Below are positions 45,998 to 57,200 of a stretch of DNA of 64,000 nt, piece after piece. Position 1 is the stretch's first letter. Every line of letters starts with the position of its first letter. The notes beneath the pieces were generated by a model. It saw only the letters and a program-made list of their open reading frames with translations, had not been told where the DNA came from and ran no database searches. The stretch lies in IMG/VR virus record IMGVR_UViG_2840526738_000004, positions 12,203-76,202 of that record; one strand, written 5' to 3'. A program made the translations under genes and the position numbers. The stretch is from a virus. Taxonomy: Duplodnaviria; Caudoviricetes.

Positions 45998-46738
45998 ATG
46001 TCAAAATACAGATTTGGAGTATGTGACGTTATCTTACGAGAATTGATTGATAGAAGCAATGTACATATCTTTAACGAATTGCAGAAAGCTGCATTTGAAT
46101 CTTCATTCTCAGCCGAAAATGTTACTGGTGGTAACCGTATGTTCCCACTTACATCATGGCCAAAGGATAAATCAGTTAAATTAACGTTTGATAATGCAGC
46201 ATGCGATGTAAATATGATTCACTTAACCGAAGGTGCAATCACATCAAAGGCTTCAAAAACATTGATGAAGATTATGGAAGTATTAATCCCAACAGACGGT
46301 GTTATTACTTTAGATGAAGTACCAACGGAAGTATTAGTTGAAGGCTTTAAAGTAGCAACATCTGATACACCAGCTAAGGGTGAATTTAAATTAGGTACAG
46401 CTGATAAAACAGTTACATTCGCACCAGCTGATGCGGGTACAAGCGTTAAATTAGTGTACTCTTACAACTCAGGTGCAGATTCAGTTACTAACACTATTAC
46501 TGAAGGTACAAAAGGTGTTCCATTTGAAGCATTTATTAACGAGAATATTTACAACGAAAACAACGAAGTAGTTGGTACTCACAATATTCACGTATACAAA
46601 ATGCAGTGTACTACTGGTACAAAGATTGATACATCTCACCAGACACCAACAGTAGAAAGTTTTGAAGCAGAAGCACGTGACCCTAAACGTACAGATAAAG
46701 CGTTATGGGAAGAAACTTACGACTGGTTCACAAAATAA
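45998..46738 (+). CDS. major tail protein
   Basis: Position; Thr/Gly-rich beta protein followed by a terminator. Confidence 0.75.
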   Translation: MSKYRFGVCDVILRELIDRSNVHIFNELQKAAFESSFSAENVTGGNRMFPLTSWPKDKSVKLTFDNAACDVNMIHLTEGAITSKASKTLMKIMEVLIPTDGVITLDEVPTEVLVEGFKVATSDTPAKGEFKLGTADKTVTFAPADAGTSVKLVYSYNSGADSVTNTITEGTKGVPFEAFINENIYNENNEVVGTHNIHVYKMQCTTGTKIDTSHQTPTVESFEAEARDPKRTDKALWEETYDWFTK

Positions 46739-46745
46739 CAACAAT

Positions 46746-46780
46746 GCCAACACCCATATGGGATTGTTGGCTTTTTTATT
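46746..46780 (+). terminator. intrinsic terminator
   Basis: GCCAACA...TGTTGGC followed by TTTTTT. Confidence 0.75.
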
Positions 46781-46792
46781 TATGGAGGACTT

Positions 46793-47467
46793 ATGGTAAA
46801 AGGACAAGAATTAGAATTAGCTGTAGGTAAACCAATATTGATATTTGATTTTGCTGATGACAAAGAAGGTAGATTGTGTAAACCATTGACTTTAGAAAAT
46901 TTAGGACTAGGAAAAATTCATTTAGCGGCCATTGATCAAGAAGATATGCAAGCTAATTTCAATGATGAACATAAATTTGAAGCTTTAATGAGTTTACTTC
47001 AAATGACGATTATAACCGATGATAAAGATGATTTTACTTACATGGTTCAATCTATCGGTGATGATATGTTCCCTGAATTAATCAAAGATATCAAATATAT
47101 TAGCGGTTTAAAGGAAGAAAGTGATAGTGGGAAATCCTCTTTAAATGAAAATCTTCCTATTACAAACAATCAATCTATTACAGCAATAATTACACACACA
47201 TCATACAAGTATGAAGATATCATGAATTTAACGCTTAGACAATACAAAAGCCTAGTTAGATACATAGAAAAAGAACTTTCATTTGAATATAAGTATTCAA
47301 CTATTTTCTCTGCTAAAGATCCACAAGAATATCTCACACCAGAAGATTTCCCATTGGTTGATACATATACAGATACACAAGAAGAAGATGATGAACCACA
47401 CCGTACTACAATTGACGATTTAATTAAACGTGGTGTGCAAATTCCAGAAGGAGTTTTAAATAGATAA
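46793..47467 (+). CDS. tail assembly chaperone
   Basis: Between the major tail and tape measure genes; Y.YEDIMNLTLRQY pattern. Confidence 0.65.
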   Translation: MVKGQELELAVGKPILIFDFADDKEGRLCKPLTLENLGLGKIHLAAIDQEDMQANFNDEHKFEALMSLLQMTIITDDKDDFTYMVQSIGDDMFPELIKDIKYISGLKEESDSGKSSLNENLPITNNQSITAIITHTSYKYEDIMNLTLRQYKSLVRYIEKELSFEYKYSTIFSAKDPQEYLTPEDFPLVDTYTDTQEEDDEPHRTTIDDLIKRGVQIPEGVLNR

Positions 47468-50400
47468 ATGGATGATTCCGTAAAAAGACAAATGCACGTG
47501 GGTGTCGGACTTGATGTTACCGATGCCCAAGGTGGATTAGATTCTGTAAAACAGAAAGTAAATGATATAAACAGTTCTATTCAAGAACTCGCAAGAAGTG
47601 CTAGTGAAGCTGAAAAGACTGTCGGTAACTTATCTAAAGGATTAAACAATAGTACTAACAATACATCATCCGCCGATAAAGCTACTAAAGATTTTGTAAA
47701 AACATTAAAGAATGAAGTACTGGCTGGACAAAAAACTGCTACTCAGGCATTCCAAGAGTTAGAAAAAGAAAAACAAAGATTAACTAAGATACTTGAAAGT
47801 GACTCATTTGATAAGAATAAAGATGCTGAAAATTATAAGAGTTTGGTTAGTGAATTAGCTAGTATCAATAAACAATTGAATGCCAGTATGGTAGCTGAAC
47901 AAAAAGCAGCTGAAACACAGAAACGTGCTGAGGTAAAAAAGACTACAGCTGAAATAAAGGCTAATTACAAGGAAATAGAAACAGCTGGTAAACAGTTAAC
48001 AACTAATCTTAACGCCTCATTCAAAGCTGTAAATACTGCTTATGCTTCTAATAACAAACTTGGAAATACAATGTTTAATACAGCTATGCAAGTGTCTGGT
48101 GTTAGACAGTTAGCAAGTGAAATTCAAAATTTAGGAACTGCGCTTGTTGATATTAACTACAACACAATCAATAATCAACGTTTAATGGGAGATTTCTCTA
48201 CTTCCCTACGTGATAAGTTGAATGCTAGTGCGGTTGAGATTGCTAAGAATTCTGGAACATTGATTACTGATGCACAACAAATTGAGGGCGCATGGATTCG
48301 TATCAATGACCAGTATGCTAAGTCACCTAAATTGTTATCAGATATTTCAGACACAACATCTAAATTCATGTCTGTAGGTGAAATTACTGATGCTGAAAGT
48401 GCGGTTAAGTTGTTGAATTCTTCCCTACTTCAATTTAATTTAGCTGGTTCTGACGCTGCTAAAAACGCCGAAACTATAGCTAATAAGTTTGCATATATGG
48501 CTGATAAGACTGCAATGGGAACAGCTGATGAATATGCAGAGTCTATTGCCAAGATGGGCGCTAATATCAGAAACATGAATGGTGACATTGATGATGCCAT
48601 CGTAATGACTTCTATCATTGGTGACAAGCTTGCTAAAAATGGACAAGAGGCTGGCAATGCATTAAATACATTTACAGCTTATATGCAACGTGCCAAGACA
48701 TTGAATCTGTTTGATGATTTGGCTGACCAGTTAGGTGATACTAATATTCGTATTCGTGAAGGCGATAAAGGACTAAAAGACTTTAAAGGTACATTAGAAG
48801 CTATTAGTTCTGCTTACTCACAATTAAAATCTCAGGGTGACCAGCAAGGAATGAATAAGATCATTGAGGCTTTGGGTGCAACACGTCAACGTGCAACTGC
48901 TCAGGCTTTATTGGATGCCATTTCATCTGATGACGGTCAAAACCTTGAATATTATTATCAGTTATTGACACAAGCTACAGCTCAAGGTTCATACTTAGAA
49001 CAACAGAATGAAGTATTGATGACATCATTGAAGAAACAATTCAATGTGTTTGTTGCTTCTATTCAAGAGGCTGGCATGGCTTGGGGAAATTCAGGTATCC
49101 TTGATGGTGCTTCAATATTCCTGAAAGGTATTAATGGAATTGTTGAAGTTATAGGTAAAATACCAGCACCTATTATGAGTGCAGTAAGTGCATTCTTGGC
49201 ATTAAAAGGTGGCTTACTTGCATTTGAAAAGATTGGTGACATCACTGGTTTAACTGATAGATTCACTCAGGCAATGAATGGTGGAACTAAAGCTAGTCGT
49301 GATGTTGCAGAAGCTACCGCTAAGACCACTCAGGCGTTCATTTCTGAACAGCAAATGATGTTCTCTAGTGCAAGTGCTAGTGATAAGTTAACAGCTTCAT
49401 ATCAAGCGCAATACACTGCTCTGAATGACTTTAAAGCTTCAATGATTGAGCATAACAAAGCATATGCTGAAGGTGCAATATCTGCTGCTGAATATAATGC
49501 TCGTGTTCAGGAGTCAACAAATGCTTATCGTAATAGTATGCAATATGGACAAATGGCAGCCACTACAGATAGTGAAGTTGCAAATGCTAAGAAACGTGTT
49601 GCATCAGCCATAAAAGAACAGAATGTTGCTGAGAATTTAAGCAATAGAACTAAGAAAGAAAAAATCGGATTGCTTGCTTCTGAGAAAGTTCAGGAAATGG
49701 CAAACAATGGTTATAGAAAAATAGGAACCGATTCCCAAAAGGCTCGAAATATAGCAGATACGCTTTACAACAAATTACAAAAAGCTCGCCTAATTTTAAC
49801 TGGACAAACTGCAACATCTGAAACTGTTGATACAGCAGCGAAAACTGCTGGAACTGTAGCTACTGGTGTGTTAACAGCTGCTACAACTGCCCTTGGTGTT
49901 GCCTTAAATTTCTTATTATCCCCTATGGTTCTGATCTCAACTGCAATTGCTGGCATATCATGGTTGATGGGACAAAGCTCTGCTAAGACACAAGAATTAC
50001 AAGAAGATATAGATAATCTTACAACTACTGTAAATGAGTCTAGAGAACGTATTGCTGAATTAAAAGACCAGCAACAGCGTTCAGGTTTAAGTGGCTATGA
50101 AGAACAAGAGTTAGACTATCTGCAAAAGAAAGTAGACCTTGAAGAGCAATCACTTAAAATCAAACAACAGGAAAAGAATGCTGACGATTGGTTCGGTAAT
50201 CATCATACTTTAGGTAATCCTTTTGGTTTAGGTGGTTCTAATAACTTATCAGAAGATGTTAAAGATTCAATTACAGATTTCAAAGAAGCAAAAAACACTT
50301 TAGAAGATTGGGCAAAATATGCTGATGCAAGCGGTAAATCAATTGAAGAGCTAGGCACTGGTTTAAAAACTGCTACTGAGTATACAGAAGAAATGAATTC

Positions 50401-53383
50401 CGCTGCTGCTGAATTAGTTCAGTATCGTTCACAATTAGAAGGTGCTATTGATAGTGGCATGTTCAATACAAAAGATACAGAACAAGCAAAAGAATTATTA
50501 AATACTATTGATGAATTATATCCAGAAATCGAAAAAACAGTTAACTCAACAAAAGATTTAAACGAGGCTACCACTTCAATTGATACAGAAGGATTCAAAA
50601 CATTAACTGAGGATTTAAAAAAATCACGCCAACAATTAGAAGGTGTAAATTCAGATATCTTAGAACTGACTAAGGGTAATGTTACAGCTGATTATTTATT
50701 AGATTTAACTGACAAATATGAAGGTTTTTCTGAGGTTGCCAGTAAATCAACAAAAGAACAGATTGAATTCTTACGTAATTACCAGAGTGAGTTAGAACAA
50801 ACTGTAGCTTCTTCTATTGATTCTAAGATTGATGAATTAAATAAGACCAAGGAAGCCTTAGAAAACAAATTGCAAAGCCTGAAAGACCAGAAACTTGGAA
50901 TGGATGACTCAGAGGTTTTAAAAGCAACTGAAAGTTTACGTGAATGCGAGAATGAGTTGCAACAGTTAGAACTTCAAAAAGATATTCAATTGAATATTAG
51001 TTTGAACAATGCATTAGATTTTTCTAGTTTTGTTAATTCAATGGATGAACTTGTTAACTCAACTAAAGATTTAACACAGGCACAATATGACTTGCAGAAT
51101 GGTACAGCTTTAAGCCAGCAAGAATTATGGAACTTATGTCAAACATATCCTGAATTATTGTATCAAGCTAATCTTTTTGCTGATGGTTCAGTAAGCGCTC
51201 AGGAAAGTGCTATCAATGCTGTCCTTGGGATGAAACAGCAAGAGTTCGATTCTACTATTGACCAGAAGATTGCCGAATTACAAGCAGAAAAGACAAAACT
51301 TGAAAATCAAATTGATATTGAAGGTCAACAGAAACAGATTTTATTAGATTTAGATGCTGATGAAGCCAATGGCAAGATTAATACTGAACAACAGTTACAA
51401 GATAAATTGACTCAATTCAATAATCTTGAAATGGAGAAATACGCCCAAAAGACCAATGATGAATCTAATATGTCACAAACTGGTGCGCAAAATATGGTTA
51501 ATAGCGCAGATCAAGCTAGTTTGAATATATCTAGTATGGCAGTTAGTGTTGGTAACCAGATTATGACTGCTATAGACCAAGGCGCAAGCAGTGGTGCAAA
51601 CTCTTTGGCTACAAATGCAAATAGTGGACAAATATCATTATCTGCATTAGCTTCACAGGCTCATGCAACTGCTGAGGCAATTCAAGGTGCATTCCAAGGT
51701 GAAGTTAGAGGTAGTGCCAGTATTCGAGGAATGGTTGATTTTGGTAAAAGTTTAGCTGGTGCCATTAGTCAATCATATAGGTCTATTCAAAACGGATACA
51801 AAGGCGGAACATCCATCAAAGATATTCAAAATGCAAACTATAGACATCAGAAAGAAGAAGAATTAAAAGCAGATATTGAAGCCGCAAAGCTTAAGGTTGG
51901 ACAGCTTAATAATGCTATTGCTAATCTTCAAGCTTTCAAAAATGCTGGTTTATCTAATGTTGCTAATAACCTGTATCCTGATAAGTCAACTGGTGGTTCT
52001 AGTCATGCTGATAAGGCTGCAAAACAGGCAGCGAAAGATGCTGAAAAAGCTGCAAAGGAAGCCGAAAAAGCAGCCAAAGAGGCAGCTAAGGCAGCGGAAG
52101 AAGAACGTAAAGCTATAGAACAGATACGTGAATCTTACATCAAGAATGTTGAAGATTTACAGGATAGAATAGCCAAAGCATTAAAGAAGAAATATCAACA
52201 GCAATTTGATGAACGCAAGAAACTTCTTGAAAAAGAACACGAAGCACGTGTTAAACAAATTCAGGATGAAATTGACCGTTTAAATGGTGACAGACCAGAG
52301 GATAAGAAAAATAAACTTGCTGGTTTAAAAGAGAAATTAGAAAAGTGGAAGAAAGATGACAGTACTCTTGGTAAACAGAAGCAGAAAGAGTATATGGATC
52401 AAATTAAAGACCTTGAAAAAGAAATCAAGATTGATGAATTAGAAAGTCAATTAGATGACGAAAACAAGAAATTTGATACCTTGATTGACACTGAAAATGC
52501 TAACTGTGACAAGATACTTGCTACCCTTACCCAGAAAATGGATGATGAACACATCTACAAAGAAGCCAATGACATGATTACTAATGGCAAGATGACAGAG
52601 ATCGTTGACTTGCTTACAACTTATGATGCTAAATGGGATGGTTGGGCTACCCTTATGGGACAGTCCGCTGGACAAATTATCGCAGACCAAGTTAAAGTTG
52701 CAATGGCTAATTATGTTGATGTGTTGAAGAATTCCATAACTTCCAATGGTGGTGTTTACACTAACCAAGTAACTGGGAATACATCAAAACCTTCCTCTAA
52801 TACATCAAAACCATCTACAAATACATCTACTAAACCAAAACCTGCACCAGCACCTAAGCCTAAAACAGTTAAGATAGGAAGTAAAGTTAAGATCACTGAT
52901 ACATCAGCTGGTATGTTCTATACTTCTACATCAAAAGGTGCTGTAAACAGTTGGAGAGGTTATACTGGTAGTTACTATGTAGTAAACGATGCTGCTGGTA
53001 GAGTTGCTATTGCTAGAGATAAGAACATCAATAATGCTATTGGTTGGATAGATAAGAAGAAAGTCGTTGCTATGAGAACTGGTGGTTATACTGGTAATCA
53101 AGAAGGACTTGCTATGTTGCATAAGAATGAACGTATCCTTAATTCACAGCAGACAACCGACTTCCATGAATTGATTGACTTTTTACCAAAGATGAAGACT
53201 ATGTTCACTACTAGTAATGACATGTCAAAACATCAGGAAACTAATATCAATGCACCTTTGGTTAACGTCCACGTTGATAAAGTTGAGCAGAACACAAAGA
53301 CTGATATGCATAATGATATGGACAATTTAGACCGTATGTTGCGTAAATCTTTGCGAAGAAGTGGAACTTTAATAAAAAAATAA
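47468..53383 (+). CDS. tail tape measure protein
   Basis: 1971 aa, Ala-rich helical; TP901-type TMP core; C-terminal TGGYTG...AMLH..E.IL motif. Confidence 0.92.
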   Translation: MDDSVKRQMHVGVGLDVTDAQGGLDSVKQKVNDINSSIQELARSASEAEKTVGNLSKGLNNSTNNTSSADKATKDFVKTLKNEVLAGQKTATQAFQELEKEKQRLTKILESDSFDKNKDAENYKSLVSELASINKQLNASMVAEQKAAETQKRAEVKKTTAEIKANYKEIETAGKQLTTNLNASFKAVNTAYASNNKLGNTMFNTAMQVSGVRQLASEIQNLGTALVDINYNTINNQRLMGDFSTSLRDKLNASAVEIAKNSGTLITDAQQIEGAWIRINDQYAKSPKLLSDISDTTSKFMSVGEITDAESAVKLLNSSLLQFNLAGSDAAKNAETIANKFAYMADKTAMGTADEYAESIAKMGANIRNMNGDIDDAIVMTSIIGDKLAKNGQEAGNALNTFTAYMQRAKTLNLFDDLADQLGDTNIRIREGDKGLKDFKGTLEAISSAYSQLKSQGDQQGMNKIIEALGATRQRATAQALLDAISSDDGQNLEYYYQLLTQATAQGSYLEQQNEVLMTSLKKQFNVFVASIQEAGMAWGNSGILDGASIFLKGINGIVEVIGKIPAPIMSAVSAFLALKGGLLAFEKIGDITGLTDRFTQAMNGGTKASRDVAEATAKTTQAFISEQQMMFSSASASDKLTASYQAQYTALNDFKASMIEHNKAYAEGAISAAEYNARVQESTNAYRNSMQYGQMAATTDSEVANAKKRVASAIKEQNVAENLSNRTKKEKIGLLASEKVQEMANNGYRKIGTDSQKARNIADTLYNKLQKARLILTGQTATSETVDTAAKTAGTVATGVLTAATTALGVALNFLLSPMVLISTAIAGISWLMGQSSAKTQELQEDIDNLTTTVNESRERIAELKDQQQRSGLSGYEEQELDYLQKKVDLEEQSLKIKQQEKNADDWFGNHHTLGNPFGLGGSNNLSEDVKDSITDFKEAKNTLEDWAKYADASGKSIEELGTGLKTATEYTEEMNSAAAELVQYRSQLEGAIDSGMFNTKDTEQAKELLNTIDELYPEIEKTVNSTKDLNEATTSIDTEGFKTLTEDLKKSRQQLEGVNSDILELTKGNVTADYLLDLTDKYEGFSEVASKSTKEQIEFLRNYQSELEQTVASSIDSKIDELNKTKEALENKLQSLKDQKLGMDDSEVLKATESLRECENELQQLELQKDIQLNISLNNALDFSSFVNSMDELVNSTKDLTQAQYDLQNGTALSQQELWNLCQTYPELLYQANLFADGSVSAQESAINAVLGMKQQEFDSTIDQKIAELQAEKTKLENQIDIEGQQKQILLDLDADEANGKINTEQQLQDKLTQFNNLEMEKYAQKTNDESNMSQTGAQNMVNSADQASLNISSMAVSVGNQIMTAIDQGASSGANSLATNANSGQISLSALASQAHATAEAIQGAFQGEVRGSASIRGMVDFGKSLAGAISQSYRSIQNGYKGGTSIKDIQNANYRHQKEEELKADIEAAKLKVGQLNNAIANLQAFKNAGLSNVANNLYPDKSTGGSSHADKAAKQAAKDAEKAAKEAEKAAKEAAKAAEEERKAIEQIRESYIKNVEDLQDRIAKALKKKYQQQFDERKKLLEKEHEARVKQIQDEIDRLNGDRPEDKKNKLAGLKEKLEKWKKDDSTLGKQKQKEYMDQIKDLEKEIKIDELESQLDDENKKFDTLIDTENANCDKILATLTQKMDDEHIYKEANDMITNGKMTEIVDLLTTYDAKWDGWATLMGQSAGQIIADQVKVAMANYVDVLKNSITSNGGVYTNQVTGNTSKPSSNTSKPSTNTSTKPKPAPAPKPKTVKIGSKVKITDTSAGMFYTSTSKGAVNSWRGYTGSYYVVNDAAGRVAIARDKNINNAIGWIDKKKVVAMRTGGYTGNQEGLAMLHKNERILNSQQTTDFHELIDFLPKMKTMFTTSNDMSKHQETNINAPLVNVHVDKVEQNTKTDMHNDMDNLDRMLRKSLRRSGTLIKK

Positions 53384-53390
53384 TCAAAAA

Positions 53391-53428
53391 GGGGTGAAAA
53401 ACATCTCAAAATTCAACTATATATATGT
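53391..53428 (+). promoter_or_regulatory. phage late promoter motif, copy 3
   Basis: GGGGTG-N16-TCAACTATATATATGT. Confidence 0.75.
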
Positions 53429-53464
53429 AGAGTTTAATTTCTACATGTATATAGTTTTTTTATT
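53417..53464 (+). terminator. terminator overlapping late promoter copy 3
   Basis: 14-bp stem CTATATATATGTAG/CTACATGTATATAG followed by T6. Confidence 0.75.
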
Positions 53465-53482
53465 TTAGAGGGAAGTGATTAA

Positions 53483-54250
53483 ATGTACAAAACAAAAACA
53501 AATGATTTGATGGACTTTTATTTTAATGGCAAGAAGTTATCAGATTTTGGTGGTTATGTTGGCTCAACAGATGGCGGTTTAAATAAATATTCAGGGCTAC
53601 CCGCACGTGAGATTGTGTCTGACAAAGCACTAAAAACAGATATCGAAACTGTCTTTAATTCATATTTAACAAGCAGGTCTTTCCCCGTTCCTGTAGTTTT
53701 TGAAAATTTGGATGATGGTGACATCAGAAAAATTAGTGCATGGTTGAATTCTCCTACTCCTTCCCCATTTTATTATGTGGGAGATTCAATATATATAAAT
53801 GCAATGCTTGATTCAGACTCTTTCGATTTTGAAATGGCAACTATAGAAGATGGTCAAATGGAATTAAAATTTATTTGTCATGACCCATATTTCTACAGCA
53901 TGCAAGACAAGACTTACACAAGTAGCAGCTTGACTTCTGGAACTGAATACTCATTTACTAATGACGGTACAGAAGAAGCTTATCCAAGTGTTGAAGTTAG
54001 AGCAACTGGTTCAATCAATCTGAAAATATACGATAGTAATAAAATCTTATATTCAGAAACGAATGTCACAAATATCGTTTCAGGTGTCGTTATGAATTCT
54101 ATCACTGGAGAATGTACAACATTAGCTGGTGGGGACATGATTAATGATATTGATGAGTTCCCTGTCCTGCCTTCAGGAAAGTTTTATTTCAAGATAACTG
54201 GTTCTCAGTTGAATAGCTTGAAAATGACATTTAAAGGAAGGTATATTTAA
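53483..54250 (+). CDS. distal tail protein (Dit)
   Basis: FYFNGKKLSDFG, LKFICHDPYFYS, N.GTEEAYP, FPVLPSG; follows the TMP. Confidence 0.85.
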   Translation: MYKTKTNDLMDFYFNGKKLSDFGGYVGSTDGGLNKYSGLPAREIVSDKALKTDIETVFNSYLTSRSFPVPVVFENLDDGDIRKISAWLNSPTPSPFYYVGDSIYINAMLDSDSFDFEMATIEDGQMELKFICHDPYFYSMQDKTYTSSSLTSGTEYSFTNDGTEEAYPSVEVRATGSINLKIYDSNKILYSETNVTNIVSGVVMNSITGECTTLAGGDMINDIDEFPVLPSGKFYFKITGSQLNSLKMTFKGRYI

Positions 54251-57200
54251 TGACAAGGCATTTATTTATATATAATGCGCAACGAAAAAAACTGTGTGAT
54301 CTAGTAGACCGAACACAGTTTGCTGTTAGAAATGATGATTTAAAGACATATCTTAACCAGATATCAGAATTGAGTTTTGATGTGCCAATTAAAAATCCTA
54401 AGTCAAAATACATTCAGAATGAAAATCTGGTAATGTATGATGATGAATTTTATATTATTAAGACAAAAGTGTTGAAGATAGAAAATGATGGAACTGAGGT
54501 TTACCAAGTTTCATGTAAACACTATTCAGATACACTTGCAATGAATGTAGTATTCATAGATGAAACGACACCTCGCAACGTTGTTGATTTAATGAAACTA
54601 GCATTATGTTATGACAACAAGGGCAATCCAACATTAGGTTGGAAAGTTGGTAACGTAACTGTTGATAGAGTTAAGTTAAGAGGTTTAGAGTCATCAGAAG
54701 AAAGTTCATTCAGTACCTTGCTTACAATTGCTGAGAAATTTGAAGGCGCATTACAGTTCAATTCACAAGATATGACTGTTGACCTTTATCCAGCAACAGC
54801 AAGCGAAACACCTGTATTAAACTTACGTTTTTCAAGAAATATGAAAGGACTTGAAGTTACATATGACACATCAGAATTATGTACTCGTTTATATTGTTAT
54901 GGCGGTGCAGATGATGATGGCAATGACATTGATATCATGTCTGTCAATCCTACAGGAATGGCGTACATTGATAACTTTGATTACTTCAAGAAACTTGGAT
55001 ATTCAGAAGATTACATAAATGCCAATAAATCATTTTTCCTAAGAACTAACATCTATCGTGATGATAGTTTTTTTGACCCAAAAGATTTATATGAGCATGG
55101 TGTTAAAGAATTAAAGAAATGGGCATTCCCTATCATTGATATCAAGATTGAAGCATTGTCAATTGAACATATAGGCTCACAGGATGCTTCAAAATTGAAG
55201 ATTGGTGATTGTATCCGTATCATTGATATGGATTATGGGCTTGATTTCTTATGTAACGTAATATCTTATGAGAGATTAGGTTCTGAACCTCACTGTCCTA
55301 AGATTGAAGTTACAAATGCATTGACTTATAAAGATACGATTAATGAGATGTTCAAGAATACATCTACTATCAGCAAGATAACGACTTCTGGCGGAAATAT
55401 TCGTGGTAACAAGATTGACAACATCAATGTTTCACAGATTGGTGATTTAAACCTTTACTACTTGAATGCAGAACAGATTGAAAGTAAATATGCGAATATT
55501 GAATATTTAAAATCTAACTATGTAGATGCTGAAACGATTAAGACAAAGTATCTGACTGCTGATGAAATCGGTGCTAAATATTTGACCGCACAGCAAGCTT
55601 CATTGATTTACTTGACTTCTGATCAGGCGCATATCAAGTATCTTGGTGTTGAAGAATTTACTGCTAAATTTGGACAAATGGAAACTCTGATAACAGAAAC
55701 TATTGAGTCTAATGAGGGTAAATTCAATTCACTTGATACTGATATCCTGAATGTTAAAACTGAATTAACAGCTCAGAGTGGTAAATTTAGTACTATAACA
55801 GCAGATATTGCCAAGTTAAAACAGGCAGATATAGACAACTTAAATGCTGTCAATGGTAAGTTTGAAACAGTCAATACCGATATCTTGAATGTAAAAAAAG
55901 AACTTACTGCTCAGAGTGGAAAGTTTGGAACCATTGAAAGCGATATCGCTAAACTGAAACAAGCTGATATTGACAACCTTACAGCTATTAATGGTAAGTT
56001 TGATACATTAGACACATTGTATTTGAAATCTAGTGTTGCCGAGTTAACATATGCAACAATCAAACAGCTGGAAAGTGATTATGCAAAAATCAAGAGCTTA
56101 GAGGCTTTCACTGCTGCAATCAATGACTTGAAAGCGAACAAGATTTCAACTACAGAGTTTAATGCTCAAATGGCAACTATTAATGAGGCTTTGATTGGCA
56201 AGGCAACTATTAGTGACCTTGAAGCTACTAATGGTATTGTTCATTCATTACAATCAGACGTTGCCGATATTGATACGATCATTAATCGTGTAACAACATC
56301 AGACAGTATTCATTCCCTATTGATTAATGCAAATACAGCGGTGATTGATAGTGGATATTTCAAAACATTGGTATCTAATAACATCAAGGTAAATGATTTA
56401 CTTGCTGGTGATATTAGTACTACAAGATTTAAAGTTAAATCTGATAGTGGTTTATTTGTCATCACTGACAATACACTACAGGTTAAAGATAAAAACCGTG
56501 TTCGTGTACAGATTGGCGAGGACTCAACTAAAGATTACTCCCTTACCTTGTGGGATGCTGACGGTAACTTAATATGGGATGCTAGAGGTTTGAAAGCTTC
56601 TGGTATCAAGGATGCTATTATCAAAGATGCCATGATTTCTGACAATGCTCAGATTAGTGGTAAGAAAGTTAATATTTCATCTTTAGTTACTGAAATCAAT
56701 AATGGAACTACATTAATTACTGCTAACCATATTCAATATGATGGAAAGTCATTAGATGTAGCATTTAGTGCTTTAGCTACTACTGTAAACAAAGACTCTG
56801 AAACCATTAAATCTCATAGCACACAGTTAACCGCACAAGACGGTAAGATATCAACGCTAATCAGTGATACTACACAGGTTAAAAAAGATATCACAGCTGT
56901 ACAAGGAGATGTGACTACTGCAAAAGGTAACATCACAACTTTGCAGACAAACTACAGTGCTTTAGATCAAACTGTTAAGGAATTGTCTAGTACAGTTGGT
57001 GAGCACACATCTAGTCTAAGTACTGTTACGACAATAGCAAATGATGCCAAAACTTTAGCTAATACAGCAAACACCAATGCAAGTACAGCTAAAAATGACG
57101 CCTCAACTGCTAAAACAAACGCTAGTACAGCCTTGTCAACAGCTAACACTGCAAAAAGTACCGCTGATACAGCAAAAACTGATGCTAGCACAGCCAAGAC

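Noticed and set aside
47118-47145. GGGAAAT as a tail-chaperone programmed frameshift
   Set aside because: It is read GGG AAA T in frame rather than as X XXY YYZ, both shifted frames stop within a few codons, and the ORF already spans the whole interval to the TMP.
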